A stretch of 64,000 nt of DNA from Schmidtea polychroa. Lineage: Eukaryota. Shown here one piece after another: positions 23,801-39,500 of the stretch. The position numbers and the translations under genes were made by a program. The notes below the pieces were generated by a model. It was not told the DNA's origin. It saw nothing but the letters and a program-made list of their open reading frames with translations, and did no database searches. How positions within the stretch are numbered: position 1 is the first letter of the stretch; every line of letters begins with the position of its first letter. The stretch spans positions 35,588,001 through 35,652,000 of the forward strand of contig CM097888.1 of assembly GCA_044892525.1 (NCBI GenBank), read 5' to 3'.

Positions 23801-23871
23801 CACGTTGACGGACACTTGCGTCTATAGCCGTCATATAGCCATATATAATTTTCCATCTGTCCGTCAATGTG
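23801..23871. mobile_element. 71-bp piggyBac-type miniature element
   Basis: TTAA on both flanks (23797-23800, 23872-23875); 14-bp TIR cacgttgacggaca / tgtccgtcaatgtg with 1 mismatch. Confidence 0.75.
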
Positions 23872-24595
23872 TTAATTACTAATTTATTTAAGTACTAAAT
23901 TAATTTATTAGGAGCATATCCAGCAACAAATCGACCAAAGTACACGAAAACACTAAACACGTGAATAGATTTTGCGATGAATAAATCATGAATCTGGAAA
24001 ACTTACTAAATGAATACGAAATATCATAATAATTGGATTAGTAACCAAATATGATTGCGGAAAGAATCATATATTTATTTGAAGAGCGCAATGAAACAGC
24101 TTGCAAAGAAATTATTAAACAAAAGAAAAGAAAATTATGAGAAACCATAATTAAACAGTAAGTTGAAAAAAGAAAGAACTTAAAATTGTGGTTTGTAAAA
24201 TGTGGAAACAAATAAAAATTTGAAATTTTCATTAGAAAATTTGACATTATTGTGTCACTTATTTAAATAATCTATTCGTATTGTCAATATACTAACTTTA
24301 GGGTTTTGATGAAGTATAACGATTGCTTTGAAGTATTTTAAAATGGTTTCTTATTTAAATATTACAAATTAAAATATACTACAAAAATTTGATCTTTTAA
24401 TTTAAAATATTTTATTAAAATCAAAAATACACTTCTTGAAATTTAATTATTTCCATAAAAGTCGTGTTTGTTTTAATAATTATTTCTTTTAAAATTAGTA
24501 TATCATATAAAAATATTGTTATTTTTAAAAACAATTTCAATTTTTATATTAAATGGAAAACAATTACCGACTTGGTATTATTTTTAATAGTATAG

Positions 24596-27500
24596 ATGCA
24601 TACCCTAAGAATTTATCAGTACTTTCTTTGTTTTCAAAATATACACATTTTATTTATGCCTTACTTTTAAGATCATTGATGAGTCAGGGGAATATATCCG
24701 TAGCCTTAAAGAAGACAAAGCTCTTATTGTAAGCATAAAATTTGAATAAATCTGTAAATATCACATAATGTTAAGATCAATAGAGGTCAATCAGAAGAAG
24801 ATAATATGAGAATTCAATTGGGAATTCTATATTTTTTACTCTTTGAACGTTCACAGACACAGTTTGATTTTAAAGATTTAATCTTAATAAGTCGAGATGG
24901 TGTAAAAGCTTGTTCCGGTCATTTGATTACTTTAATTTCCGAAAATTGGAATCGATTAAATACTGACGTGCGGACAAATGTACTCAGCATATTGATTGAT
25001 TTTATATCTTTTCCAATGGCTGATTCATTATTTATGGCAATATTTAAGCGGATGATCAGTAAGTTTTAGCATGTTCTTCATAGTCTAATTTAAATTTAAA
25101 AGTCAAGTTCATTTAATGTTTTTTTGACAAAATGATTTATATTGTGTTTAATACTGAATGACTTTTATTTATATAATGCATATATTAATAAATAAATATA
25201 CTATTGAATTATTTCAGCTGGTGACCTGACTCAGTCGAATTTGTGGTTAATCGAAAATATGCTAAATCTCATTGAAGAGCACAAGTAATTTGAATGAAAA
25301 ATAGTTATAAATTATAAATTGAAATTCAGAGAATTGCTGGTGAAAGATCGTAAATTGTTGCCAATGATTGTATATACGTATTTGCGTTTGATTCCCACCC
25401 ATTATCAATTCAGCATCGCCATGAATACTCCGAATAATAATCTAGCTAGGCTTTGTAGAAAAGAAATCGCGCTTGTAATGGATGTAATCAGGAATAATGT
25501 AAGCGCTTGATTGTTATTCATTCAAATTAATAACTTAGTTTTAATATAATTCAACTGTTATGCAGTTAATGTAGATTTTATGGTGACTTGGGACATTATA
25601 AAGTCGTGCGTTGGAGACGTGAGCCAACTATGATGGCCTGCTGAGCCTACTTGAGCATAAATTGAATTAACTGTTCACTTAGCCAATTATTATAATCCTT
25701 CGTATCTCTTTTAAATTATAAATGAAACAGAACTGATAATTCAATAAATATTGCTGACCAATTATCTACTTTGCAATGTGGCTGAATTAAGACCTGTTGC
25801 TAACTGGTTATAAAGCTGCTAATGCGTAACCTAATGATTATAATAATCTGGTTGGTCACAAACGTTCATAAACGCTCGAGTTCGATATAGATTTTAGTTA
25901 AAGGTTTTTCAGTTGACACTTTACTACCAATTTTTGTGACAGAACTGCCAGGAAGCCGTTTAAAGCATGAATATGATGTTAGCTAGTGCGTTTACCATAT
26001 ATAGAAGCATGCTCATTAATATCTGTTCATTAATAGCCATTTAAATATACTCACTCATTTCCTGGAGGCCTAAAGAACGGGACAAATCGAATTTGTGTGT
26101 TTGGGAGCCACCACCAGCCCCAAGCATTCATGAGACATTTATTGATTTTTGCTTTTTATGCAGATCTTATGACCACCTGGAACATCTGACCTAATTTATT
26201 TAAATTTAGAATGTTTTACTTGAACTTACAATGTTCTCAGAATGAGCTTAAAGTATTCCTAATAAATTAAAAGAAGCTAACTCAAGAAAATATGACCATG
26301 TGCAACTAAAAATATCTGTAGCTATGTTGTAACCATATCTGATGTTAAGTACCCTTATAAATCGAAGAAAAGAAGAATACCGCAATAATAATATTAATGA
26401 AAATTCTATTCATTGTTTTTATTTTACCATTTTCCGGCTGATTTTCAAATTTGCCAACAATCACAACCTTTTAATTCGAGTGCAATTTTCTAAGAGCAAA
26501 TTAACAAGGATCTCATTGGAAATTACTGTATTTTATAAGCTGTACAAAGTTTTTTAATTGCACGTGGACTTTAAGGATACACAGTCTCCTTGGAGATACT
26601 TTTATTGAGAATAGAACAATTCTTTCCATTATTCCCTTTGATTTTTAATCCGTTTCTATACACTACTTTATAACAATATACAGAGTTTCTGAATATCTTA
26701 ACGTAGTAGCCGCCAAACTACAAATGAATGTGCTTAGGAATTCCGGTTCTTTTATGACTTTCTTGAATTTCAATAAATTATTAGCAAAATAATAATTTAT
26801 GTTGAAAATTTGTGAAATTCGTATATTGATTTGCCTCAAAAAAGGTGAAAAAATACAATCGAATTTCATTACTTATGTGATTTACATAGAATCATTACTT
26901 TGTTACATTTAAAACATTCTTTCATTATTTGTAACAATTCAAATAACGGCAGAAAATAAAATTTGATTCCAGAATGTTGGAGGTGCTCAAATCAATCATA
27001 TCTCGAAAATTACAAATCAACCAAGTTTTTTTATTATTGATACATTTAAAATGCAAATTTATAACAAAGGTTTATTATTATCATTACTGTTAAACAAATA
27101 AATGATAATATAATACTTTTGTTGCAAAGTATATATTGAATAAAATGAATGAATTGTTGATTAGAAATTTAATAGATTTATAAATTTAATTAATTATTTA
27201 ATTTTATTCAATATATACTTTGCAATAAAAGTCTTATATTATCTTTTACTTGTTAATCATTTAATTAATGCTGCTACCAAGAAATCATTATTATTAATAT
27301 TATTATTATTATTAAGTCAAAAATTTCACAGTAAAAATAGTTGAGTTCCCTCTACGTCACCTTGGAATTGATCTTACAATTTGTTACATTTTTCATCCTT
27401 TCATAATAAATATGAGGCCGAAAACTTTTATTTTCATTTTTTAATTTCTTTAATATCGTCTACAGAATCAGCCATATTGAATCGAAATAAAATGTCCTCT

Positions 27501-30500
27501 CATCATATTCTGAATACTAATATAGTACCTGTAATCTTTTAACTTTATAATGAACACGATAAAATGCAAATTAGTCACTAATAAAATATATCTCCTATCT
27601 CCTTTAAATCCGGTTTTGTGGGTAAAAAATAAAACATTAGTTAATTATAAGGGATTATAAAAATTGATTTTTTGTGTTCTTTTTATAACATTAATTCGCA
27701 ATTGATTAACTCAGTATCTATTACAGTTTAATAATTAGAATATTATCGTCAGGTAACGTGAATATATGTGACCTATTTCAAATAAAACAATTACATTTGG
27801 ATCTGCACTCTTACCGCTACAGATTAAAACGAAACTATCTTTAAACGTGATGGTTTTGGAAATTTAGGTGTTTCGCAGTTTCTCCTTTGATAATGAATCG
27901 CCCATTTTAGTTAAAATTATGCAATATAGATAAGTAATTAATCGAATTTCATGCCATGTGGTATCATTTCTGTCATATTTAAACCATTTTTTTGGACATC
28001 TAGCATTTAATTTTAAAATTGCGGTACCAGTACCAACACTGACATTTTACATTTTTAGCACACGTTGTTAAATAAGGTTAATTTATTCTTCATAAAATAC
28101 TATACCTTTGATATGGTTTTATGTGAAGATATTTGAAGTTTGCGGTTGTTTGCTAGTTTTTTAACAGTGGCGTTGAACTTATTTAAATTCCTAATCTAGT
28201 CTATGATATTGACTACATCAATAAGATTCATAACGAATGCAAAGGCTAGCGGTTTTTCTTTCTCTTTATCATATATTGGTGAACTATTGATCAAGAATGT
28301 CAACTTTTGGCTTAATTTCATGTAATATTTATTTATGGCTGATATTGTTTTTTCATCGTTTTCAACAATCATTTCAGCTTTGTGGTGCATAGAAGATAAA
28401 ATACTAACTTCATTTTTAGGTTTAGGACCATGCAATGTTACATTTCCTCGTTTATCCTATATAACTTCGATAGGGATGGCATTTTTATTTTTAAGCAAAG
28501 TTCCCACTAATGTCGAACAATTTGATGACTCTTTCTGCTAATTCAATACTGGTAAACTAATTATTAATCGTAATATTCTTATTGGGTCAATAGGATGTCG
28601 TACTTCACCGTTCAATAATATTTCGCGCTAAACCAACAACTCTGGTATTACCATCTTTACCTGTATATGGCATGTTCATAAGTCGCAAATAAATATTGAT
28701 GTCAAATGTAATATTATAGCGCAAATTTCCATAGAGACTGCTATTAAAAAATTAAATTTTTTATGGATCCTTCCTGTAAAGTTGTCAATTAACTGATATT
28801 AAATAAAATCTCGTGCAGACATTTAATTGAATTAAAAAAAATAGCATTAAAACTCAGAATATATCGTCTTCATTTATACTCATGATTAAAGTGTATTGAT
28901 TAATCATCTTTTATTAAAGTAACGAAAAAGACTCCTGATATAACACTTGGTTCTACAATAATACCGCAAATCAGCCCCCTGGGTTTAAAATATTCGATTC
29001 CACATTTATATCCAATTGTAAAAATAAATAATTTCAATTTAGATAAATTACATCTGTGTTTTTCAAATTTCCATAGTTTATCTTGGATAGTAATAAAAAT
29101 GAGAATATTTCATTTTTTAGAAATAATATTAACTTAACCGCCTTGAGACATCTGTTTACTTCTCTCCTTAACAACTTATAACTACAAAAATTTTAAATTT
29201 TATAATTAAGTAAAATTTTATATTATATCGTATCTAATGAAAAGGTTGATCTCAAAGACTGGATTTTACGATATATATATATATATTTTAATCTTTGTAA
29301 AACATATATATCAATACATAAGAAAAATGTGTAAGAATTATACCAAATTTATGCTAGTAAAGTAGATCAGTCGAAAGGCAAAGAGTTCCTGTATTAATAA
29401 TAAAATGTTATCAAAGACTACATTTTAGTTTTAATGATTCTATATTTGAAATTCTCATATAACATATAATTGAGTCTAAGTCAGTTAATAAAAAGACAAA
29501 ACTTTAAAATGTATATTAGTTGATTGAAGTATTAAATTATGCTTTTCATCATATTATTTCAATTTTGAAAATTTCGGTAATGCCAACAATCTAATTCAGG
29601 GGTAGCCAACCTTTTTGGTAAAAGGGCCATTACAATATTTTTGAATAATGCGGAGGGCCGCAGGTTTGAAAGGCGTAAATTTTTAACTAATGCTTCTGTG
29701 CTAATTCCAACTAAGGAACAGGAGAAGCGCAGTAATAGCCCGTAGTGGGGTCTGAGACAACCGCTAAAAAAACAATAAAGCATTTGCGTGCATGTTAAAT
29801 AAATTATGCTTCTTAGGTACAGGATAAACTGGCACTATTTATATTTGATAGCCCCTGATTATAAAGCATAATGAATCGGGCAAATTTTCAAAATGTAGCA
29901 TACAAAACTAATTGGTTAAAATAGATAAAAATATGAAATAAAAATAAATAAATTTTGTTCAATATTTACCGGCGGCCCATTATTACATTTTTTACTACAG
30001 TTCGTAAAGCTACCAACTGAAAAAAAGAAAAGAAAGATATTTATAGTTTGTATTGTAATTATTAACTATATATTCTTTGTGTTGCATTTATTACATTTTT
30101 TGTATTATATCGTATTTTAAAAAGTTTTTATTTTATTTTCAAAATATTAAAGCATGCGGGCCGCCGGTTGGCCACTCCTGATCTAATTAAATATCTTATT
30201 TTTTAGTATTTTCTATTTCTTTTTTTTCCTTGTTGAAATGCTATATAAACTGGTTTTTATTTTCCCATATACAAATATAAATTTCAATGACACTATCAAA
30301 AAAGTGAAAATCAAATACAAAAATGTTGTGTAGTTCTAAAATATTGCATTAATTAATTATAACTAACGTTTATAGAACTATAAAATACTCACCTTGAATA
30401 AAAGAAGTATCTGCTTATTAATGTAATTAAATTAATTAGTGTACTGGATTTAGAGATGTTTACCTTTGCTATTCCTTTAAAGAATTAAGTCTTAATAAAT

Positions 30501-33500
30501 CAGAAAAAGTTGTTATAGGAATTTTCACGCTTTCTTTAACTTTTTTTTAAATATTTTCTTTGATTTTATATCCAATCTGAAGTTTTGCCACCTGTAATTC
30601 TTATGTATTAGTTTGACGAATGCTGCAAACAAGTTGGTAGAGATTTGCTATTCACCCTCACACAAGTTTCCAACATTCCTGAATTCAATAAATTATGGAC
30701 AGAAATGAACTCAAGTTTAGAAAAACTCTCAAATCAATATACTAGTAGGATTATTTGGTTATGATAATCGATATTATTTGCAAATTATCAAGATATCGGT
30801 GAAATATTCAGTATGGGTACAAATAAAACTGTCATTGCCACTGCCATTCCATTTGATATGGAGAATTGGATCCTCTGGACCATGAGAAATGTCCATCATT
30901 GTTCCACAAATCCATATAAAAGATATCAAGACCTCTTTAATGTATTTATTTCTAATTTTCTATTTCAATTTATGGTAAATCTTTATTTTGTTAGAAACGA
31001 TTTTTTTCCACTCCCGAAAGTCAAAATCTACGTCCCTTTTTGATTAGGTACATAATTAGAGCATTTTATCCTGATAATGAAATGATTGGTTCCACATTAA
31101 TATCCAGGTGGGCAACAATTTCATGGCTAATTGTCCAAGCATCTGTAAGTTATCCTTTTTATCCAGGGTTACCTTATTAGATATATTCTAGTCCCCAACA
31201 GTTGTAGCAAATTGTAAATTAGCCCTCATATATGATTGGCTGTTCTATGACAAACAGTATGACTGTATCATGGACATTGGTATGTTTTGAAGCTTTTTGT
31301 TATTTCAAGATAGAATTTATTTTATATATTTTTGATAATTTAATTTTTATTTTTATTCATCAATATAATTCATAAAGTTTGCCAAATATATCTATTACTA
31401 AAACAAAATATTCAAATAAATAATAATACTTTTACTAATCATATGCTAAAAAATACGAATTATTTAAGTTCATTATTTTACGAACCTAATCAATTTAATG
31501 TTTGTCAATTTTAATTTCTTAATGTTTTTGCTTATTATATTCTGTCGTCGTCAGATATAAACACTTGCGGTGCCACTTAATATTTTTACTTGATTATTTT
31601 ATCATTATCACATATTTTTTTTGTTTTAATGAAGTCAATATTTTTATTTATCATTGTTGATTATTTCAATTATCGACAATTTCAATAGGTATTAATTATT
31701 GATAATTAATATTATAAGAACTTTTTTTCCAATTTCACCACTGATTATTTTTTCCATTGATTACTAATAATTATTAATGATTATTAACATTTTATATGGT
31801 GTACACGTATTTGTGCATTTTAGATATTATCGAATTTTGCAGTAGTCGATATGTTATTAATGATTGTTTTCGATTATAAACATTAGTGATTTTTAATAAT
31901 ATTTATTATGCATTAAAATAAATATTATTACTTGTTTTTTATCATTACAACTACGTACTATACATGATTTGGTTTCATTTCAATAACTGTAGTGCCGCAA
32001 CAGATAATATTTAAACGACTTCTTGCTTTATGATCAGTATACGACTTTGAATGATTTTAGATAGTGTCTATTAGGTTTATAATCCAAATTTAAAAAATGA
32101 CCGAATATCGCAAGTGTTTGAATCTAATATTGTTCTTTACCATACACTGCTGATACTAATCATCATTATTATTGAGAATATTATAAAACCAATAAGTGTT
32201 TTTAAGATGCGAGCGGGATCGATTGAAAGCTTCCAGAACTTCATCTTTTATCGACCGCAGAACTTCCAAAGTTTTCCAAAATACAACAAATGGCATTATT
32301 AGCCGTTCTATCTGCTTTAAACTTATATACAGTTCGATTTTGAAATTTCATTATAAACAATATCTAAGTACTTCCAGAAGCATTTTAACACATATTCCCT
32401 TCTCTTAATGCTTAGTCTTGTCACAGTCATAAACTAATTTAGGTTGCACTTATAAAACTGAATCTATGAGTTAGATATGTAGAAGTTTTTAAATGATTTT
32501 CATAGAATTATTTTTCATACTTTACTATATATAAATTGCTCATTCTTTGTTTGGTAAAATTGATGAGCTTGTAGAGCTTCTGTAATATGTATAATTTAAT
32601 GTTAAAATTTTCAGAATTTAGGATTATTATTATTGTTTATTATTATTGACAAATCATTTCTAGAACCAGCAATTCTTGCAATTATGCACAATTTAACAAA
32701 ATATTCCCATGTTTCAATTACTTTGGTCGACTTTTTAGTTAAAGTAAATTATAAAAGTTTATTCTTTATTTAAATTTTTTTTAAAGACAGCCAATCTTTA
32801 TTTTCCACTTGTAAGAGACCAAATTATCGGTTGTTTTCGTTTTGGCTTAAATGATGCATTCAGAGTTAGTGTATTCAGGTATAGACTATATTTGATAGTT
32901 ATTGTGTATTGTGGCCTATTGTAGATCACTTGCACCTCTTCACGATGTATTGAAACATCACTCAGAACTTCATAAACAGTTTCTAGAATTAATAGGTGAT
33001 ACATCCAATGCTTATCCACAAATATCACTGAATAATGTCACTATTCCTAAACCTGTTGAAAACGGTAAGTTAATATTATACTTCATTTTTATAAAATATT
33101 TATTAAAATCATTTTTTTAAACAAAAATTTCTCAAATCCCTTCATAAATCTTTCATATTAAATCGATATTTCATTTTCCAATTTGAATGGAATCGATGCA
33201 TTTTGTATTTTATCAACCTCTAATATTTTATTATTCCAAATATAATAATTTTGAGTATTTGAAATTTTAAAATAACTTAATTTAAATCGATTAAATGATA
33301 TTTTTATTTCAATATTATCTGAAAATCGACTTCTATCATTCATATATAATTTATATAATTTCGTCATGTATTCTTATTTTTTAATATAATAGTGTATTTG
33401 TGTTTATAAGTTATTAATAAAATTTTATGCCTTCGAATGGATAATATTAAAAATCTAAAAATTATACATGTACTTAAATTTATTATTATTATTATACATG

Positions 33501-36500
33501 TATTAAAATTATACATGTACTAAATATTTTATGAAACTATTTTATGACAAGTTAATGATAAAATATCCAATTTTTGGACTCGCAAAGATGAAATCTCTAT
33601 TATTATATGTGCTATTTTGATCGGGTTGTCAGTGAAATTAAATATCATCTGTTATTAATCTCATTCCAAAGCTTTGATAACGATCTCCAGACACTATAAA
33701 CTATATTGATTACCAATTTACAGCGGAACAAAGAATTATATGTTAAAATGACAAATTGAGTGTTTATTACAACCCTCCTTGAGGAATAGCACGTTTATCC
33801 TAGAACTTGGAATTAACAACTGCTTGACTACGGTTTCATTAATCGGTAGATTTGACCTATTGGCTTTTTGCTTTGACTCAAATTTATTTAATAACTTTAA
33901 TTTCTTAAATCGCTTCTGCAGTAATTTTGTAATTCACTTTGAATTTCGCTTTAATTTTATTTTCTTCATTTCTTTACAATTTCCCTTTTCTCTTCAAATT
34001 CTGACTTGTTTTCTCAACTTCTTTCTTCACCTTTCAACTCTGTTTTAATTCCAGTAGTGTTTCCTTTTATTATAGTCCACACTTATTGATATTGACTTCA
34101 ATTTCAATATCTTTTCCCGCACATTTCGTTTGGTCCTCTCCAGTTATCCTAATATCTCTGACATGCCATCTTACGACTTCCCGGTGATCTCTTTACCCTA
34201 TCTCAACTTGGCTATCGATATATACCATTTTGATTTTGTTTTCCCTTCTTCGCTTCGTACTTTTTAATTAAAATTGACTCATTGAAATAATTTGACATTG
34301 ATTCTTCAAATATTTTTTAAAACAGATTTGCTTAAACCCTCAGAAAACATAGCAAACACCAGCAGACAAATTATTTTTATCAAACTTAACATTTTTATGA
34401 TTTATGCCATTTTACATTGATTACTGTATTATCTTATATTTTTGTTTCATAGACTAAATTAAAAGTAAATTTCCAACTTGTAATTTCATAGTATCGATAT
34501 TTTGTCCCCAATATTTATAGTCAAAACATGCTGATTTATTCTTTGTAAATTCGAAGATATATTTTATTTTTAAGTAATTACCTCTGTAAATCAAGTCAAT
34601 AACCCAATTGTTACTGTTCCTGAAGTTGTTGTGCAACGAGAAAGAAATGGAACCCCCAAGATATTGTCTCCTGTGAATAAAGAAAAACCTGTGGAACATA
34701 TTAACAAGATTGTTGTTACAAGCAAAATAAATAACGCCCCAAAATCTGCATTATTCGAAAATAAACCAATAGTGGATTTGACAATATCAGATAGTGAACC
34801 TACTCAAACAGAAGATATTTCATTCGGTTAGAAATTGACTTTTAAATTCTTCAAATAATAATTAATATATTGATCTTTTTATTATTGAATTATTATTAAA
34901 ATTTATTGATCAGCATAATTAAAATCTATTATCAGTTTTATTGATTATAACTATTCAATTGAATATCCGATTGGAAAGTTTTTGGTGCTAATTACAACCC
35001 TTCATGACGATTGGCTCGACATTTGCTCCCCATTTTATAAGTAGAAATAGAAATTGGTATTCGGAATTACTTGATTTTCACGAACTATATGAAAAACATA
35101 TTCGACAATCTATTTATAAAGAACTAGCTGTTGTAATCGGCTTCGCCCGAGTTTACATTTATTATAATAATTCATTTAAATTAATTTTTTGTTTAATGAT
35201 GTTATTACGTTCCAGTATTAATTTTATAACAGCTTCAATTCCATGTTTAATTCACAATAAGAAAATAAATCAAATAAAATTCAAATTCTCCATGTTTGAA
35301 TTCTGCTTTGAAAACTTTGACTAAATTATATTACTTTCAACTGCAAGTAGCAAGCATATAATAAATTATTATTTATATGTTAAATTGCTGACCGGACGGA
35401 CAAACAAACCGAATTAGGGTACCCTAGGGTGGTAATATTGGGTTGAAACATAGCCTATCACCTGTCCCGAGTCAAATGAGGGTCACATGTAAAATTTCAG
35501 CACCCTAGGTCCAACGGTGGGGAGTTCTATGAGTAACAAACTTTCATCTTTACATATTAGATCAATATTTTCTATGAAGTTATTCATTAGTCAGACATTT
35601 TTCAACACACCTTCAACGCAGATTGTTCAACTTTTCCATTGAGGTCGATTGTCATTGATGAGTTATACGATGGATATTCATATTCACTGAACACTAAAAT
35701 TAATAAATTCCAATACCTTTGGAGGTGTGTGATTCTGTTTAATTGAAGACACCAAATATAACTTTTCGTAGTTTTAGTTAAACTTTGTAAACATTATCCA
35801 ATGATTTAATTTTTATTATACAGCGAAGGCTACATTTAAGTTAATAATTTTGAATTGATCCCTTTTTTTATTTACAGTGATTATTTATGCTGGTGTCATA
35901 AGATTTAGTAATTATTTGCCAGAGTTTCGTTATTATTTCATACTTCTAGATGATATTAAGCGTCGATTTATGAAATATTCTTTGACTTTTGATTACAATG
36001 TTGAACGAATTGATGTTCCGTCAACAATTTGTCAGATAAATTCGTCAGTAGCTCCAGATCTTGAACGGTTATATGAAACAGCAGAAAATTGCCGTTCTCT
36101 TATTGTCAAAAACAAAGGGAAACGTGATAATAAAAAGTCAGTGAAACGTGGACAAAAAAGAATGGATACAATTGATGATAGTGAATTATCTGGAGGTTCT
36201 GGTAATTGAGATTATTCAACGAAAAAGCCCTATTTTTAATTCCAATTAGACGAAGAAAATCTTCAACATCTCTATGAAAAAATGGAAAAGGTGGTCATTG
36301 CAATTTTGAATGATGACAATTTTGATGATCTTGGTATCGCGGGAAAAACCGCTGCTGTAATTTGTGAAATCTGCTATCCATTTTTCGATCGAAAACTTTT
36401 CCCCGAAGATCCAGACGAAGAGTAATAATGGATTAGATGATTTTCTGAAAACATTTTTTTAAATAGGAAGCTTAAAGCATCCCTTTCCTCTCCAGTTTTC

Positions 36501-39500
36501 GTTTTATTCCGAAATATATGCTCGATGAGTACGCAAGATAATAAACGAGAATTACTCTTGCTTCTTCTTTCCGAAATGCAAATGCGTCAACCGAGAGTCG
36601 GATATTATCTTTTATATTATCTCAAAGTTGCGTAAGTTTATAATTTTATATTTTACATTATTACTAATATTTTCGTAATAAATACCTTGTCAACTTGTAT
36701 AAATATAAATTTAGATATTGTATAGATATTTAATTGGATATCTATAAAGAGAGTGTCACTTAAACATTCATTTTACTATATATTTCGACAGTTTGTCATC
36801 ATCAAGTAGGATAGAATAAAACTAGAGATATTATATAAATATATCCAAAGATTTTATTTTAATATAATTATTAATTTTAACGATCTATATTATTTGAAAT
36901 TTAAAATCATCAATTTAATTCATTTGAAATCAACAACAATCCATATACATACACACAGCATTTTGCACATCAATTTTTGTATCTAACGGTTTTATCAACA
37001 AAGCTTCACAAATTACACATTCTCAATGATTATTGACGTTTTTTAATAACATTTTACAATCAGGCGTGTCTATTTTCTCTTATAGTCCTTATTGTTCTTA
37101 CTAATATTGATCGATTCCTTCATTTGGCAATGTTTATGAGTCTCTCCGATCTATGTTAAATTGCATCCATTACATGTAACTTGACAAACAAGATTAGAAC
37201 AGTCTAAATTANNNNNNNNNNNNNNNNNNNNNNNNNNNNNNNNNNNNNNNNNNNNNNNNNNNNNNNNNNNNNNNNNNNNNNNNNNNNNNNNNNNNNNNNN
37301 NNNNNNNNNNNNNNNNNNNNNNNNNNNNNNNNNNNNNNNNNNNNNNNNNNNNNNNNNNNNNNNNNNNNTGAAAATTGTCTAAGATTTCCTTTCAATACAA
37401 GATTTTTATTAAATCTAAAGAATAAAATAGAAAAGAGTCTTCTATTTCTCTAAAAAAAAATAAAAACGCTGATAACATCACCAATTACGAGTAATTTTTA
37501 TATCCTTACTCTTGTTTGTATTTCTTTTAAAGATTTCGTGATTTGATTAATCATTTTGATCAAATAGTCGTTATTTAAATTGAATAAAATTCATAGTTAC
37601 GATTAAAAAATATTTGTTAGAAATTTTAGAATAATAATATTCTAATTTATTTTATATAATTTTATACAAATATTCTTTATTGTTATTATTTAGGAACAAT
37701 GTAAAATGCTATATGTAAACAGTCATAATAAGTGACTTCATATTTAAAAAACCTTCTTTAAAACATTGAGAACATTTCCTTTTTATTTTCAGAAATCTAG
37801 TGCTCTTATTGAATTTATATTAGCCATTTCTTTATTGTATAGTCTTTTGTGTTTATTCTTTTCCAGATTGTAACTCAATCATAGTTTTTCAAGAAATCCA
37901 ATAATATAATCTTTTGATCTTTCTTCAATTTCGTCATCTGAACTGAATCTGTCATTTTCTAAAATTTCTTATTCGTCTATTGATTATTCAACATTCTCTG
38001 AATACCGCTTCATATAAATATATATCATTGTTTCCTGTTAACAAAATTTTATTCACAGTTCAATATTTTCACATAAAGTTCAACGATTTTCATTGATTAA
38101 AATTACTACATAATTGTTGGGCGTATTTCAGTAGCCAAAGGAAGTAATTTATAATAAAACTGGATTCTGTGATAACTTAATAATTGGATATTTTATTTAA
38201 AATTTTCAAGTATTATTAAAGATGAAAAGTAAAGAACATGTCCAATAATTCATATCTAGATCTTGAGTTAATATATTTTTGTGAAAAAGTCACATATAAT
38301 TGACCATAACTAAACACTGGATTAGGCAAATGGATTCCAACATGTCTTAAACATAAAAATGAAATTAGAAATAGAAATGAGAGAAAGATTTAATAATTTA
38401 TTTAAAATATTGACATTGATGATTTATATTATGATTTGTCGTATAATTCATGCTGAATGTTGTAATATTGAAATAAGGCTTTATATATTTTATAATTGGA
38501 ATTCAGATACGCTACCGATCCAGATTTATCAACTTATCGAAGTCTTTGTAATAGCTTGGAAAAACCAAATTTGAAAAATTCTCTTTTCAAAGATCTTGAG
38601 GTATTTTTTTTATTTCCATCCTTAACATTACCGATCTAAAATCAATTGTTTTGGCACTTTAGATTTTTTACTAATACTTAATTATTTCAACTTATTGAAG
38701 TTTATATGTGTGCTTTTTGGTTTTCTGAAAAAAATCCCCGGTTTATAATCTTGTTAGATCTTTTTCTATTTTGCAATATTCAGATTTTTGATATTGATTT
38801 TATTATTTTTTAACACATTAACTGCCACAATTTTATTGATTGAAAAAGAAATGTTTCTTAAAAATTTTTAATATATCATTTATTTTGGAACAATGGTGAG
38901 TTGTATGATATTATTTTTTATTAACAATAACAGAAACAAGTTAGTGAAATAAACACAATATTGATCGATAGTCTAAAAATGAAAATTAAGGAAGTTGAGA
39001 AATGATCAACTATTGATTAAATATTGTGGGTTAATATTATTTTTTCAATATGTCTCCGGTTGTGTGACTTAAATCAGAAATTTGAAATTATACATTCACT
39101 TAGGTCCATTGGGTGTTTAATTAGAATAAATTTTGTTTTTTTACACCCTTTGCAAGAAGTCAATACTTGAATTAATGTTTATTCAATCAATCATCTTTAA
39201 CTTAATATATTGAATTTATGAAAGTGAATCTATATATTATATTAATTGACGTATTTCTGAAAATATGCGTTTAAATTTAATAAATAATTGGGACCCATAT
39301 CTATGGGGTTATACAAATGCTCCTGAAAGCAACTTAGGTATTGCTAAATGTTTACCAGGCTGTATGTTGAGGACATAGGTAATTAACGGCGACTTGTATA
39401 AAATACGCGAGAATCTGAGAGTTCAAAGGCTGAATTCTACAGTCATATGGTAGATGACAATCACTCCCAGAATGACGGAAAATATTCAAGAGCTAGTTAT

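Noticed and set aside
25560-26300. GC-richer block in the INTS3 intron as a nested gene
   Set aside because: All six frames have frequent stops and no recognisable motif; probably old TE debris
35004-35324. 106-aa ORF as an extra INTS3 exon or ankyrin fragment
   Set aside because: Acceptors in the required phase lead to a stop; the ankyrin-like LLIKWGANV on the minus strand is too short and interrupted
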